NCBI RefSeq assembly: GCF_001194135.2
Contig: NC_068997.1
Span: 32,261,536-32,301,134 of the forward strand
Length of the DNA stretch: 39,599 bases
Source: Octopus bimaculoides
Taxonomy: Eukaryota
Direction of reading: 5' to 3'
This document shows positions 23,206 to 34,556 of the stretch, in pieces. The number at the start of each line of letters is the position of its first letter. The stretch's first letter is position 1. The position numbers were made by a program, and so were the translations under genes. The notes under the pieces were generated by a model. That model ran no database searches and was not told the origin of the DNA. It saw only the letters and a list, made by a program, of their open reading frames with translations.

Positions 23206-23404
23206 CAATTCACGATCGAATATTGACAGATATTATATTTCAATATTGAAAATTCATACAAGAGAAGTTCCTTATATACCCATTCTCACCTCCCAACCAA
23301 CATTCGGAGCGATTTTCATTTCTGTCCAGTTATGGAGGTTAATGTGCTCCACAAAACCTATTTGATCTGGGGCTGACCAAGGGCTAAACAACAACAGACT
23401 TCTG

Positions 23405-23570
23405 GTGGGGTTTATGGATAATATCCACGCAATACTTGACAGGTACTTAACTTTATTGACCGAATGAAAATGAAATGCAAAGGTTACCTCGGCTGGATTT
23501 GAACTCAGAAAATAAAGGCCCGTAACCAAATAGCACAAGATATTTTACCCAGAGCTCTAACAATTTTGCC
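23405..23570 (-). mobile_element. SINE family A, degenerate
   Basis: GGTACTTAACTTTATTGACC...GGATTTGAACTCAGAA. Confidence 0.55.
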
Positions 23571-23774
23571 ATTCAATTGAAATTTAAAATTCATTAGCAG
23601 TGAAATTACCGTTGCGTGTAGCCTTGGTCGGCCGGCCGGTCGGTCGGACGGTGAGACTTAAAGGTCTTTTCTGTATATTCCTTAAAGATTGTAGTTAGGA
23701 TGGATCATTAATTAGCATTAATCTAGCAGTAAATCTCCCCTGCTGATATATATATATATAGGTTCAAAAAAACA

Positions 23775-23928
23775 ACAAAGTGAGGACGTGATACGGATAG
23801 TGTTATTGGACGCTCAGGAAAGGAAAGAGAGAGTGCATGACGTTTCGGGCGTAGCCCTTCGTAGGAAAGATGGAAAGTTCGGAGAATGGAAGAACGGAGA
23901 AAGAGGAAAATGGTACCGATGAACCCCC
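23775..23928 (-). mobile_element. Penelope-like element terminal-repeat fragment with a minimal hammerhead-like motif
   Basis: Minus strand at 23838-23865 reads CCTACGAA-GGGC-TAC-GCCC-GAAACGTCA, matching the CTGACGAAG...CGAAACGTC signature of Penelope-like elements with a damaged CUGA. Confidence 0.55.
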
Positions 23929-24635
23929 NNNNNNNNNNNNNNNNNNNNNNNNNNNNNNNNNNNNNNNNNNCCCCCACACACTAAATTCAGAAAATTGCTG
24001 AGGGAATAGGTTCCTGTTTTCGCACTTAATTTTATCTGACATAATTCATTCTAGAGTGTGAATGGCTGATTTGATAGTGTGACAGAAAACCAATTGGCAA
24101 GGCGGCATCACCTGCACATTGTCAGAGATTGGGATGCTTAACTCTCAAAACGGCTCAGTCCACTAACCTGTAAATAAGTACACCATGGTACGAACAATAG
24201 CAGCACTGTTTAAAACGACAAGTTCAGTCACCCTCTACTGTCAAGTGTCAATAGTTTTCTCGTAGCATAGAAAATGTAATGGGAGCAACTGGACTTGGTA
24301 GCCTGGCTAAAAATAATATCAAAATCTCTCTCAAGTTACATACTAGCGCAATAGTTCCTAAACTTCACGCTACAAAGGATGCTTTTTTTCGATAAAATTT
24401 CCCACGGGCCCAGGTATTTCGAAGGGCTGTTTATTCAACAATTAGTACCAATAAAGAACTGGGATCGATGTAATCGATAAGCATCCTCCACCAAAATTTC
24501 AGGCCTTGTGCATTTAGTAAGAGAGGATTGACTAACAATTAAACCGTTTTCCTAGTTTCATTTCTCAACCGAAAAACTATGTGTATCTGATTAATCATAT
24601 CTGAGTGGATATTCATTAAATTATAATTATAATTA

Positions 24636-25088
24636 CAGGCGCAGGCGTGGCTGTGTGGTAAAAAGTTTGCTTCCCAACCACGTGACCACATGGTTCTGGG
24701 TTCAGTTCCATTGCGCGAGTGACTTTCTACTATAGCCTCGTGCCAACCTATGCTTTGTGAGTGGATTTAGTAGACGGAACCTGAAAGAAGTCTATTGTGT
24801 GTGTGTGTGTATATACATACATATGTGTGCGTGTGTGTGTGTGTGTGTGTGCGCGCACATGTGTGCGCGTACCTTTGCGCTTGAACCCCACTACTGCTTG
24901 CCAACCGGTGTTGGTGTGTTTACGTCCCCGTGACTTAGCAGTTCGGCAAACGAATCCGATAGAATAAGTACTAGGCTCTAAAATGTACTGGGGTCAATTC
25001 ATTCGACTAAAAAACAAACTATTCAAGGCGGTGCTCCAGCATAGCCGCAGCCTAATGATTGAAATAAGTGAAAGACAAAAGAAAAAAG
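24636..25088 (+). mobile_element. SINE family B, full length
   Basis: GGCGCAGGCGTGGCTGTGTGGTAA head, central (GT)n, tail CAAGGCGGTGCTCCAGCATAGCCGCAG...GAAAGACAAAAG. Confidence 0.88.
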
Positions 25089-25811
25089 ATATGTTTTGCA
25101 GCCTTTTTTGAACAAAGTTCACGGACTTCCTGTACTGCATTTGTGGAGCATTTGTGTTCGCGGATCCTGGGTTAGAAACTGCTGTCCTAGCTTCTCAAAA
25201 GAGGAGATACATTGAAAATAGAGTCGTTATGGTTAGCGTGCTTTTGATAATAGATCGACTCGATCTGGACTGTCCTTAGATTAACTCCGAAGTAATCTTC
25301 CCGAGAATTACAGTTGAAGACCAGTTCTTCTGGATTTGCAGCCAATAAAGTTAAAAGGTTACATTTCTGATATTGACCATAATTACTTAATTACTACACA
25401 TTGATTGTTAGCATTCGTTAGTGCCTCACTAATATTTATGTTTGTGATCTTCAGGTATACAATCTCCTTAACTTTATCTGCTTTTTTCTTTTTTTCTGTA
25501 ATGGCTTCTGTACCTCAGAATCGTCTCCCCACTTCAGGTTACCTCTAATTGTGTCCACTCTTCGGCTTCGCCTACTGATTCCAGTCCTTCCTACCGCAAC
25601 ATCTTTGCTCATTATAAATAATCCCAGTGCATAGCCCTTTAAGCAAATGTTATTTTGTATAGCTTTGGGTTCACTCATACCTTGTGCGTGAAGTCCTGTT
25701 TCTTCCCATAATTGTCTTAAAAAGTACAAGTGTCGGTCAAATACTTAGCATTTACGCGTTAGAGAAAGAAATCTTGCTATTTCCTGCAATAAATACATCT
25801 AAAGGAAAATG

Positions 25812-25940
25812 TTACCCCGGACCCTTAATATACTACTGTGGGTCCTCAATTTACTATTTGCTTGCATGGAAACACTTACCCACTCCAGAAATCTTATATG
25901 GACACCCTGGAGTCATATGGACCCCGGTTGAGAAACATTG
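25812..25940 (+). mobile_element. hAT MITE 3' fragment
   Basis: CATATGGACCCCGGTTGAGAAACATTG followed by TTCTAGAA, a Charlie-type NTCTAGAN target. Confidence 0.7.
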
Positions 25941-26027
25941 TTCTAGAACATACGCGGTCTATCACTTGTTCTGTCTGTTAGTCTGCCATCCTACCACTCT
26001 CTCATCCTACTTATATATACAGCTTAA

Positions 26028-26255
26028 TATCGGTTTCAAGTTTTGACACAAGGCCAGCAAGTTCGGAAGAGAGAGAGAGTAGGTCGATTACATCGACCCC
26101 TCCCCCAGTACTCAACTGGTACTTATTTCATCGACTCCGAAGAGATGAAAGGCAAAGTCGACCTTGGCGAAATTTGGACTCAGGACGTAGCGATAGACGA
26201 AATGCCGCTAAGCATCTGACCCGCTGTGCAAACGATTCTGCTGACTCGCCGCCTT
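26028..26255 (-). mobile_element. SINE family A, full length
   Basis: Complete head, body and tail on the minus strand. Confidence 0.85.
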
Positions 26256-26501
26256 ACTACAGTTTAATATTATAACTTAGACCAGATTCTTTTAGCTGTC
26301 TTCATTTGCCATCTTTTCCGATTAGTTTATCATTTCATCAAGTTGTGTTGCTTTGTTGTAATCTTGTTGTAAATTGCGGTTAACAGCAATATGTATGTAT
26401 GTATGTATGTGCGCGCGCGCGCGTGTGTGCATGCATGTACGTATCGTCAGAGAGACACAGAAAAAAGAGAGAAATATACTTTTCTTTAATATGCTACCAA
26501 C

Positions 26502-26714
26502 ATCCTTTCTACTGGAGGCACAACGCCTCAATTTTGGGCGGGGAGGGAACTAGTCGATTCCATCGATCCCAGTGTTTTCACTGTTACTTAATTTATTGAC
26601 CCCGAAAGGATGAAAGCAAAGTTGCCCTCGACGAAATTTGAACTCAGAACGTTGCGACAGGCGAAATACCGCTAAGCATTTTGCTCGGCGTGCTAACGAT
26701 TCTGCCATCTCGCC
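26502..26714 (-). mobile_element. SINE family A, full length
   Basis: Complete head, body and tail on the minus strand. Confidence 0.85.
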
Positions 26715-26934
26715 AATATGCTACCGACATCGTCACTGGTCGTTGTCATCTATACAACCCTATATAAAGGAATGTTGTATTTGGATACAAGACACCCACA
26801 CACACACACACAAAATAGTACAAGCGAGGCGCCTTAGTTACGCATGACTTCAAAATGATGAACGGTTGACTGGCAGTGAACGCTGTTGTTGAGATGGCGA
26901 AATAAGAGGAAGAGGAAGGAGAAGAGGGGGAGGA

Positions 26935-26955
26935 GGGTTAGGGTTAGGGTTAGGG
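26935..26955 (+). repeat. (TTAGGG)n telomere-type repeat, 3.5 units, abutting a gap
   Basis: GGGTTAGGGTTAGGGTTAGGG followed by Ns. Confidence 0.8.
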
Positions 26956-27985
26956 NNNNNNNNNNNNNNNNNNNNNNNNNNNNNNNNNNNNNNNNNNNNN
27001 NNNNNNNNNNNNNNNNNNNNNNNNNNNNNNNNNNNNNNNNNNNNNNNNNNNNNNNNNNNNNNNNNNNNNNNNNNNNNNNNNNNNNNNNNNNNNNNNNNNN
27101 NNNNNNNNNNNNNNNNNNNNNNNNNNNNNNNNNNNNNNNNNNNNNNNNNNNNNNNNNNNNNNNNNNNNNNNNNNNNNNNNNNNNNNNNNNNNNNNNNNNN
27201 NNNNNNNNNNNNNNNNNNNNNNNNNNNNNNNNNNNNNNNNNNNNNNNNNNNNNNGTGGTGGTTGTGGAGGCGGAGGAGGGGAGTTAATATAACAACAACA
27301 ACAACAACAACAACAACAAACTTGACGGCAACGATATAAACCATTTCTAGAATAACGACTGGAATAACAACAACGACAAAAAGATAATAACAATGATAAT
27401 AACAATAATAACAGACAAAGCAAAGAAGGGGCCTTTACATGGTTGCATGACTTTCTAGCTAGAAATAGTAACTAAATTCCCTCAACCCCGCCACCCCACA
27501 CTACCCTACCGTATTATAAAAATGAAGGACATAAAAACACACATATATAAGAGTATGCGTTTGTGTGTGTTTGGGTGCGTTGTATATATATACATATACC
27601 TAGAACGCATATATATATATATATTTATCATTTATCATTTGTATTATATATATACATATACATATATATATATGTATATATATATATGCATGATATAGAT
27701 AAATAGACATAGATATAGATACACATATACAATATATATACACACACACACACACACACATAGGTGTGTATGCATGTATGTATGTATGTTATTTGATGGC
27801 TTTGGTCTGCAAAAGCGACTGCCTAGTCCAGCGTCCACCCTCAAGACTAGTGAACTCCATGCAACTATATTGTGTAATGCAGTCCAAATATACAAAATGC
27901 GAGATGGTCCTGGCTGGAACATCTTTGTTCCTAATTGGGCTCAATCCCGAGAAGCCTCGGATTACAAACCCACTAGACACTCGCA

Positions 27986-28028
<43 letters not shown>

Positions 28029-28089
28029 ACACACGCATCCAACGGTCTAAAACAGTAAAAACCGGTAACGAGGAAGCTTCTAAATGGTC

Positions 28090-28272
28090 ACTTAATCTGC
28101 TAGAAATAGTAGCTGAATCTTCTTTCAAATCAAATTCTACCATTTTAAGACAGAGTACACGTTGGATAATGTGATGCTGGAGTACCTGCAGGTGGTAAAG
28201 AAACAGGATGGCCCTCAGGTGGGGAAACACTCTTTATCATAAAGTCTATTCAGTTTTGACCTGGGCCTAGGT

Positions 28273-28316
<44 letters not shown>
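28090..28316 (+). mobile_element. repeat family D, best copy, with (AAC)n tail
   Basis: AATCTGCTAGAAATAGTAGC...TTGACCTGGGCCTAGGT(AAC)15. A simple-repeat tail is typical of retroposition. Confidence 0.7.
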
Positions 28317-28317
<1 letters not shown>

Positions 28318-29803
28318 TACAACAGTAATTAGAAAGAGGAATAACATCGGCGGTGTTAAGCAATGGAGAAACAACAACAATCAAAACGCGAACACAAGCC
28401 AACGAAAGCTAGAACAACTGCAAGCAGAATAACTACCGTAACAGCAACAACAACAACAAAAACAACAACATCAACAGCGGTAGCAGAACAATGAGGAGTA
28501 GTAGTACGAGAGAGGCGAGTATGAAGACATCTAATCTAGTTGTGTCAGATATTTCAAGTGGCGCCAACCAGTTACATAATGGCGCCTGGCTGACGCTGCG
28601 AGGCTGAAAAACTGGCGTCCCGTCAGATATTTGGCACATACAGACCAGACCAAGTTGATTCAAGCACCGAAACAAATTAGAATTGAATAAATAATAACTT
28701 TATATTCTTTCAGCACACATTTTTTCAATCGTAGTTTTTACTATTTTTTTTCTCTCCTATACTCCGATATTTGTTCATGTTTTCTTAAATACATTTTGAA
28801 AGACGGGGTTGTGTTCGCTTTAAATATGACGTTTTCGTTTCTTTTTAAAATACATTTTTCATTCTTTCACATATACGTACATAAATACATAATACGTACA
28901 TATGTATGTATATATGTATGTATGTATGTACTAATACATATACTTATATTTATGTCTGTATGTATAGGCATACTTAACTAGTGTTGTCCTTCCACGACTT
29001 TGTTTCCTTTGTTTTATATATATATATATATTTTTATATATATATATATATATATGTATGTATGNNNNNNNNNNNNNNNNNNNNNNNNNNNNNNNNNNNN
29101 NNNNNNNNNNNNNNNNNNNNNNNNNNNNNNNNNNNNNNNNNNNNNNNNNNNNNNNNNNNNNNNNGTCGATGGTTTGTACATTTTACCTTGTATTTCAGAG
29201 AAATGGTTTTGACAACACAAATTTTCCGAAAATTTCCAGAAGAAGAGGTCCTAACCCCTAAATATCGAAATATCAGGTAAATGTACGAACCATCAACTTG
29301 TATTATTTCTTATAACTTGCATTTGTTTTGGCTTTATAAAACGAATTTTAAACATATAACCATGTCTATGTATGTGTGCGTGTTTGAATACATATGTGTG
29401 TACGTGTGTATATACACATATGCATAAACATTTCTACATGCAATCCAAGATGGATTATATGATCAGAACAGAATGTTGTCAAATCTCCCGTTAGGTGTTT
29501 TCTCAAATAGCAGCAGCTTTCCTTCAAATTTCAATTTGCAAAACGTCCATTAAAAATATCTTATAATCCTATATAATACAGGCGTTTCCTTACTGTGTGT
29601 CCCGACACTTTAGTGTGCGGCTGGCGACATCTGATATGAAATTTAGTTAATTTATTAATTTCGCATCGCTAATAAAACTTAAGGCGTCACGGAAAAATAT
29701 ATTCTTAAAAAGTGAGTCGCTGACTTGAACATTTTGGAAAGTTCAGCTATAGCTTCGAAATATATGATTTGCATACTTACCTACGTACCTACATGCATAT
29801 ATA

Positions 29804-29839
<36 letters not shown>

Positions 29840-30191
29840 NNNNNNNNNNNNNNNNNNNNNNNNNNNNNNNNNNNNNNNNNNNNNNNNNNNNNNNNNNNNN
29901 NNNNNNNNNNNNNNNNNNNNNNNNNNNNNNNNNNNNNNNNNNNNNNNNNNNNNNNNNNNNNNNNNNNNNNNNNNNNNNNNNNNNNNNNNNNNNNNNNNNN
30001 NNNNNNNNNNNNNNNNNNNNNNNNNNNNNNNNNNNNNNNNNNNNNNNNNNNNNNNNNNNNNNNNNNNNNNNNNNNNNNNNNNNNNNNNNNNNNNNNNNNN
30101 NNNNNNNNNNNNNNNNNNNNNNNNNNNNNNNNNNNNNNNNNNNNNNNNNNNNNNNNNNNNNNNNNNNNNNNNNNNNNNNNNNNNNNNNNNN

Positions 30192-30229
<38 letters not shown>

Positions 30230-30764
30230 GTTTGTGTGTGTGTGTGTTTGTGTGTGTTTGTGTGACATGATAATATTTATAATCTGAATATAGAGTAAGT
30301 CACCCTTGATCCTAATATGCAAGATACCACATATAGGATTTTAGGATTGCTGACTTGACGGTTTGTAAATTGAAATTTTGAAATGAAACAGGAAAGAAAA
30401 TCTGCTGAAACTGCAAAATATTTTAAACAAATGTGATGACGATCGGTTACTGTGATGACAATCGGTCACTGTTCGATATTATTATCAACATGTTTAATAC
30501 AGTGAACATCAACAATTTAATTAATAAGACATGTTTGCATTATTTCAATAACTCACATAATTCTAATTATTTTGAACTGTACGAGAAATAACTCTGGAGA
30601 TGTTTCATTGTTATTGAACTTCTTCAGCGGACCATGGTACTTACTGAAGTGGTGATGCGAGAACCACTGAACATCTGGAGGCGGGGAAAAGGAAAATATT
30701 AAAAACATAAATCACTGAAGTTAATTACCCAGAGATGATGGTAATTTATTTTGTATTTTTTATC

Positions 30765-31147
30765 TACGACCATGCTGGGGCACCGCCTTGAAGGATTTAG
30801 TCAAACAAATCGGCCCTGGGACTTTTTCTTTTAAAGCCTGGTATTCATTCTGCCAGAGTATTATTATTATTTTTTTACGGAGACGTATACAAACCAACAG
30901 CGGTTGTGAAGTACTAGTAGCTGACAAAGGCAATACAAACAAAAAAATGCACACATATACACACGCACAGACGCAGGCACACACACATGCGCGCGCTAGG
31001 CCTTCTTTCAGTTTCCGTCGGACAAATACCCACACAAAGCTTTGTTCAACTCGAGGCCATTGGTGCATCATCGTGGAACTGAACCAAAGAACCCAAGACC
31101 ACATGATAGGGAAGAAAGCTTCTTAACCACACAACTACGCATGTGCC
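30765..31147 (-). mobile_element. SINE family B, full length, degenerate
   Basis: GACCATGCTGGGGCACCGCCTTGAA...CTTCTTTCAGTTTCCGTC...AAGCTTCTTAACCACACA. Confidence 0.8.
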
Positions 31148-31607
31148 TCGCAGTGGGAACGAACCCAAGACCTTTGATGACGAGCAAGCTTCTTAACAAC
31201 GCTTAAGTATGCTAATGTCTTATACTTACTCGTGTACAATATTCTACATGTTCTCATCACAACTTTGCTGTACCTTTTACTGCGAAGAGTATGTTTCACT
31301 GAGGAGGTCTAATAAGGGCAGAGTATGGACCGGATTTGTCTCTACTACTTGCTGAAAGAATTAGAATAATATTACTTATTGACCTAATGCTGTATTTTAA
31401 TCACTGCGTAAGTATTTCTAAATAGGTGCTTAATGCTTACTACACTGAATTTGTTAATTTTAACTTAACTATTGGTTTCCTTGTTGATGGCATCTCTGAG
31501 GAGTTAAACCCCAGTGATTAAAAGTGTATAAATTGATCGTATAGTCTATAGTTGCAAATGCACACAAATATAATATAACTCCTCCTACTCTACGAACAAA
31601 GCCTGAA

Positions 31608-31740
31608 CTGACACTTATTCCATCGACCCCGAAAGGATGACAAGCAAGGTCGATTTCGGTGGAATTTGAACTCACAACGTATAAACAGACGAAGTACCAC
31701 TAAGCATTTTGTCCGGCAGGCTAACGATTCTGCCAACTTG
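31608..31740 (-). mobile_element. SINE family A, 5' half
   Basis: ATCGACCCCGAAAGGATG...GAATTTGAACTCAC...GCTAACGATTCTGCCA. Confidence 0.8.
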
Positions 31741-31766
31741 TACTTTTATAATAAAAATAACATCAA

Positions 31767-31798
<32 letters not shown>

Positions 31799-31840
31799 GC
31801 AGCAGCAGCAACAGCAATAATAATAATAATAATAATAATA

Positions 31841-32637
31841 CTGGGTTAAACTAAACGCAAAAGGAAAAAAGGAATAGACAAAGCAAAATCCCAACAATGG
31901 CAGAAGGATTTTTAATTGCAGCACAAGACCGAAGCCTTCCCACCAGAAGTTACCAAAAACATATAATGAAAAGAAACATAAGTAACTGCAGAATATGTGG
32001 TCATGAACAAGAAAAAATAAACCATGTTGTCTCTGGCTGCCCAGTCTTGGCTAAGAAGGAATATATTCACAGACTCGACAGAGTTGGGATATATATCCAC
32101 TGGAAGTTATGCCAACAACAGAAAAAGATGGTAAAGGCACACACCAGAAAATGTCACAAAACACGAGAAAGCAACCATACACTGGGTTTTGCCAATACAC
32201 ACAGATAGAGAAATTAAGGCCAATAGGCCGGATATAATTGTCAGAGATCATCAAGAAAAAAATGCTTTCTAATCGATGTATCAATACCAACAGATGACAA
32301 TGTTTGTCTAAAAGAAACGGAGAAACTTTCAAAATACAAAGACCTGGAAATAGAGGTAACTCGAATGTGGAATCTAAAAACAGAAACAATTCCTATCATA
32401 GTAGATGCCTTAGGTATAATAAAAACATTCAGACAAATACATAACAAAAACACCAGGACTTACAAGTATATATAATATACATAAAATAACACTACAAAGC
32501 ACCACACACATCCTACGTAAAACACTTTCAATACAGTAACAATAAGAGCATCACAACAAATCACAGCACATACCCAAGGCACACAGAGCTGCGCTCGGTA
32601 GTGAAGTGAAAGCACGTGATACAAATAAGAGTACTGA
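31841..32637 (+). mobile_element. R4/Dong LINE 3' fragment 1 (family alpha): CCHC finger, RLE, 3' UTR
   Basis: EGFLIAAQDRSLPTRSY; CRICGHEQEKINHVVSGCPVL (C-x2-C-x8-H-x4-C); RPDIIVRD...LIDVSIP...EKLSKYKDL (PD-(D/E)xK RLE) with frameshifts. Flanked by (TAA)n on both sides. Confidence 0.92.
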
Positions 32638-32667
32638 ATAATAATAATAATAATAGTAATAATAATA

Positions 32668-32928
32668 ATAGTCATTAAAGACAGAGAAAAAATACTTGTA
32701 GTCTAGTAAATGTAAGTGTTCCCACTGATAAAAAATATATCTGTAAAGGAATTAGACAAATTAAGTAAATATAAGGACCCTATCAATTTAAATCTACGTG
32801 CTATATTACATGAAAATATTTCGCTACTGCCCCTGCCACTTCCCCTCTCTAAACTCTTGTCCTTCACTCGCCCTAGGACGCTGGGTGCATCTTGGCGAGT
32901 GATTGTTACAAATATGCAGATTAAAAGT
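32668..32928 (+). mobile_element. R4/Dong LINE 3' fragment 2 (family beta), internally deleted
   Basis: IVIKDREK...VSVPTDK / NISVKELDKLSKYKD, then a 3' UTR with a TCACTCGCC...GGCGAGTGA stem and a (TAA)n tail. Confidence 0.8.
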
Positions 32929-32929
32929 A

Positions 32930-32977
<48 letters not shown>

Positions 32978-32982
<5 letters not shown>

Positions 32983-33335
32983 GAGCACTCAGAGAGCGCA
33001 AACCTCCGCCAAGGCAACACCAACGTTCTCTCAACAATTAGCCAGAGATGGTTTTTAAAATGAGAATATCTGAAATAAATTCGGCTGCTCTCACAATTGA
33101 GAATACTAAAACTAAACCCGACCGCTCTCAAAAATTAAAGAAAAACGGAAAAATCATCCAGAATCCTTGTCCAGCATTGGATTGATCCCAAAATCTGATC
33201 AATTCGTGCCAGTCACGAGGTTAAACATCCCTGAAAGTTTCAGCCGAATCTATCCAGCGGTTCTTGAGATACCTTGTCCACGGACAAACAAACCAGCATG
33301 ACTGAAAACAATACCTCCGCCTTCGCTAAGGTGAA

Positions 33336-33337
<2 letters not shown>
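32978..33337 (-). mobile_element. DINE-1/HINE-like non-autonomous Helentron-type element
   Basis: Minus strand: 5' CCTTAGCGAAGGCGGAGGT (partial palindrome), GTTTGTTTGTCCGT microsatellite, 3' GGCGGAGGT subterminal copy, GCGCTC-TCT-GAGTGC stem-loop, end TCTTGTT. Inserted in the T-rich strand of (TTA)n. Confidence 0.65.
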
Positions 33338-33375
<38 letters not shown>

Positions 33376-33376
<1 letters not shown>

Positions 33377-33418
33377 GGTAGTGAAGTGAAAGCACGTTAT
33401 AAAAATAAAACTACTGAA
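33376..33418 (+). mobile_element. R4/Dong family alpha extreme 3' tip (about 43 bp)
   Basis: CGGTAGTGAAGTGAAAGCACGT...TACTGAATAA matches 32596-32640. (TAA)n lies on both sides. Confidence 0.85.
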
Positions 33419-33430
33419 TAATAATAATAA

Positions 33431-34046
33431 AAGGAGTATCTCATGACAAACTAGGGCAGTACATCCATTGGAAAGCTTATAAATGCTACAAAATTAAATC
33501 TCATCATAAGTGGTACAGTCGCCATCCAGAGGATGTGTTAACTGGCAAGAGCGTCACCATCCTTTGGAACTTCCTAATACAAACAGACAGAAAAAACTGA
33601 CTCCAATCGACCAGACATTGTGATCAAGATCAACACCAGAGGAACTTGTCTGTTAATAGATATGTGTGTTCTATAAGATCAAAATGTCTCAAGAAAAGAA
33701 TACGAAAAGCTTTCTCACTACAAAGATCTGCAAATTGAAATCACAAAAATGTGGAAGCTTAGTACTACGATAATACCAGTAATTAATGGTGCGTTGGGAA
33801 TGATAAAGAAGGGAGCTGAGAAGTATATTAAGCAACTCCCTGGTAACTCCAATCTCCGTTAACTACTAAAGATAACCTTGATGGGTACATCCATATACTA
33901 CGGAAAGCACTGTCCATCGAAAATGGAATAAATGTGGTGATAATTTTAGCATGCCTAGCAAAACAAAAGTGCCCTTGCTACTCTTGGCCTCCGGAGGATG
34001 CCCGGTACTAAAGCAGCTGAAATAAGGTTTTAATGAAAGGAAACCA
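33431..34046 (+). mobile_element. R4/Dong LINE 3' fragment 4 (family gamma)
   Basis: HDKLGQYIHWK...KWYSRHPEDV...ILWNFLIQTDRK / NRPDIVIK...LLIDMCV...EKLSHYKDLQIEITKMWKL...IPVINGALG, 3' UTR, (TAA)n tail. Confidence 0.9.
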
Positions 34047-34048
34047 TA

Positions 34049-34095
<47 letters not shown>

Positions 34096-34096
34096 C

Positions 34097-34140
<44 letters not shown>

Positions 34141-34142
<2 letters not shown>

Positions 34143-34556
34143 CAAAAACACATAATGAAAAGAAGTACAAGTAACTGAAGAATATGTGGTGTTGGAGAAG
34201 AAACAATAAATCATATTATCACTGGCTGCCCAGTCCTGGCTTAGAAGGAATGTATTCACAGACACGACAGAGTTGGGACCTATATACACTGGAAGCCATG
34301 CCAACACTATGGAATTACAACAGAAAAAAGATGGTAAAGGCACACGCCAGAAAAGGTCACAGAAAATGAGAAAGCAAATATACACTGGGTTTAGGCCGGA
34401 TATAGTTGTCAGAGATCACAAAAAAAGGATGACTTCTAATCGATATATCAATACCAACAGACGACAACGTTTCTCTAAAAGAAACGGAAAAACTTTCAAA
34501 ATACAAAGACATAGAAATAGAGGTAACTTGAATGTGAAGCCTAAAAACAGAAACAA
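34141..34556 (+). mobile_element. R4/Dong LINE fragment 5 (family alpha, second long copy)
   Basis: Homologous at DNA level to 31950-32390 but with different deletions. It is cut at 34556. Confidence 0.9.

Noticed and set aside
25451-25729. 92-aa minus-strand ORF with a possible AG|GTATGA donor (candidate small exon)
   Set aside because: No recognisable homology and no partner exons. It cannot be supported without RNA-seq or a protein search.
28330-28520. Poly-Q/poly-N/poly-L-like stretches (also 27290-27420 and 31765-31840)
   Set aside because: These are (AAC/AGC)n simple repeats without splice or coding context.
30432-30469. Two GTGATGA C-box-like motifs suggesting a C/D snoRNA
   Set aside because: It is a 19-bp tandem duplication, with no CTGA D box at a suitable distance and no terminal stem.
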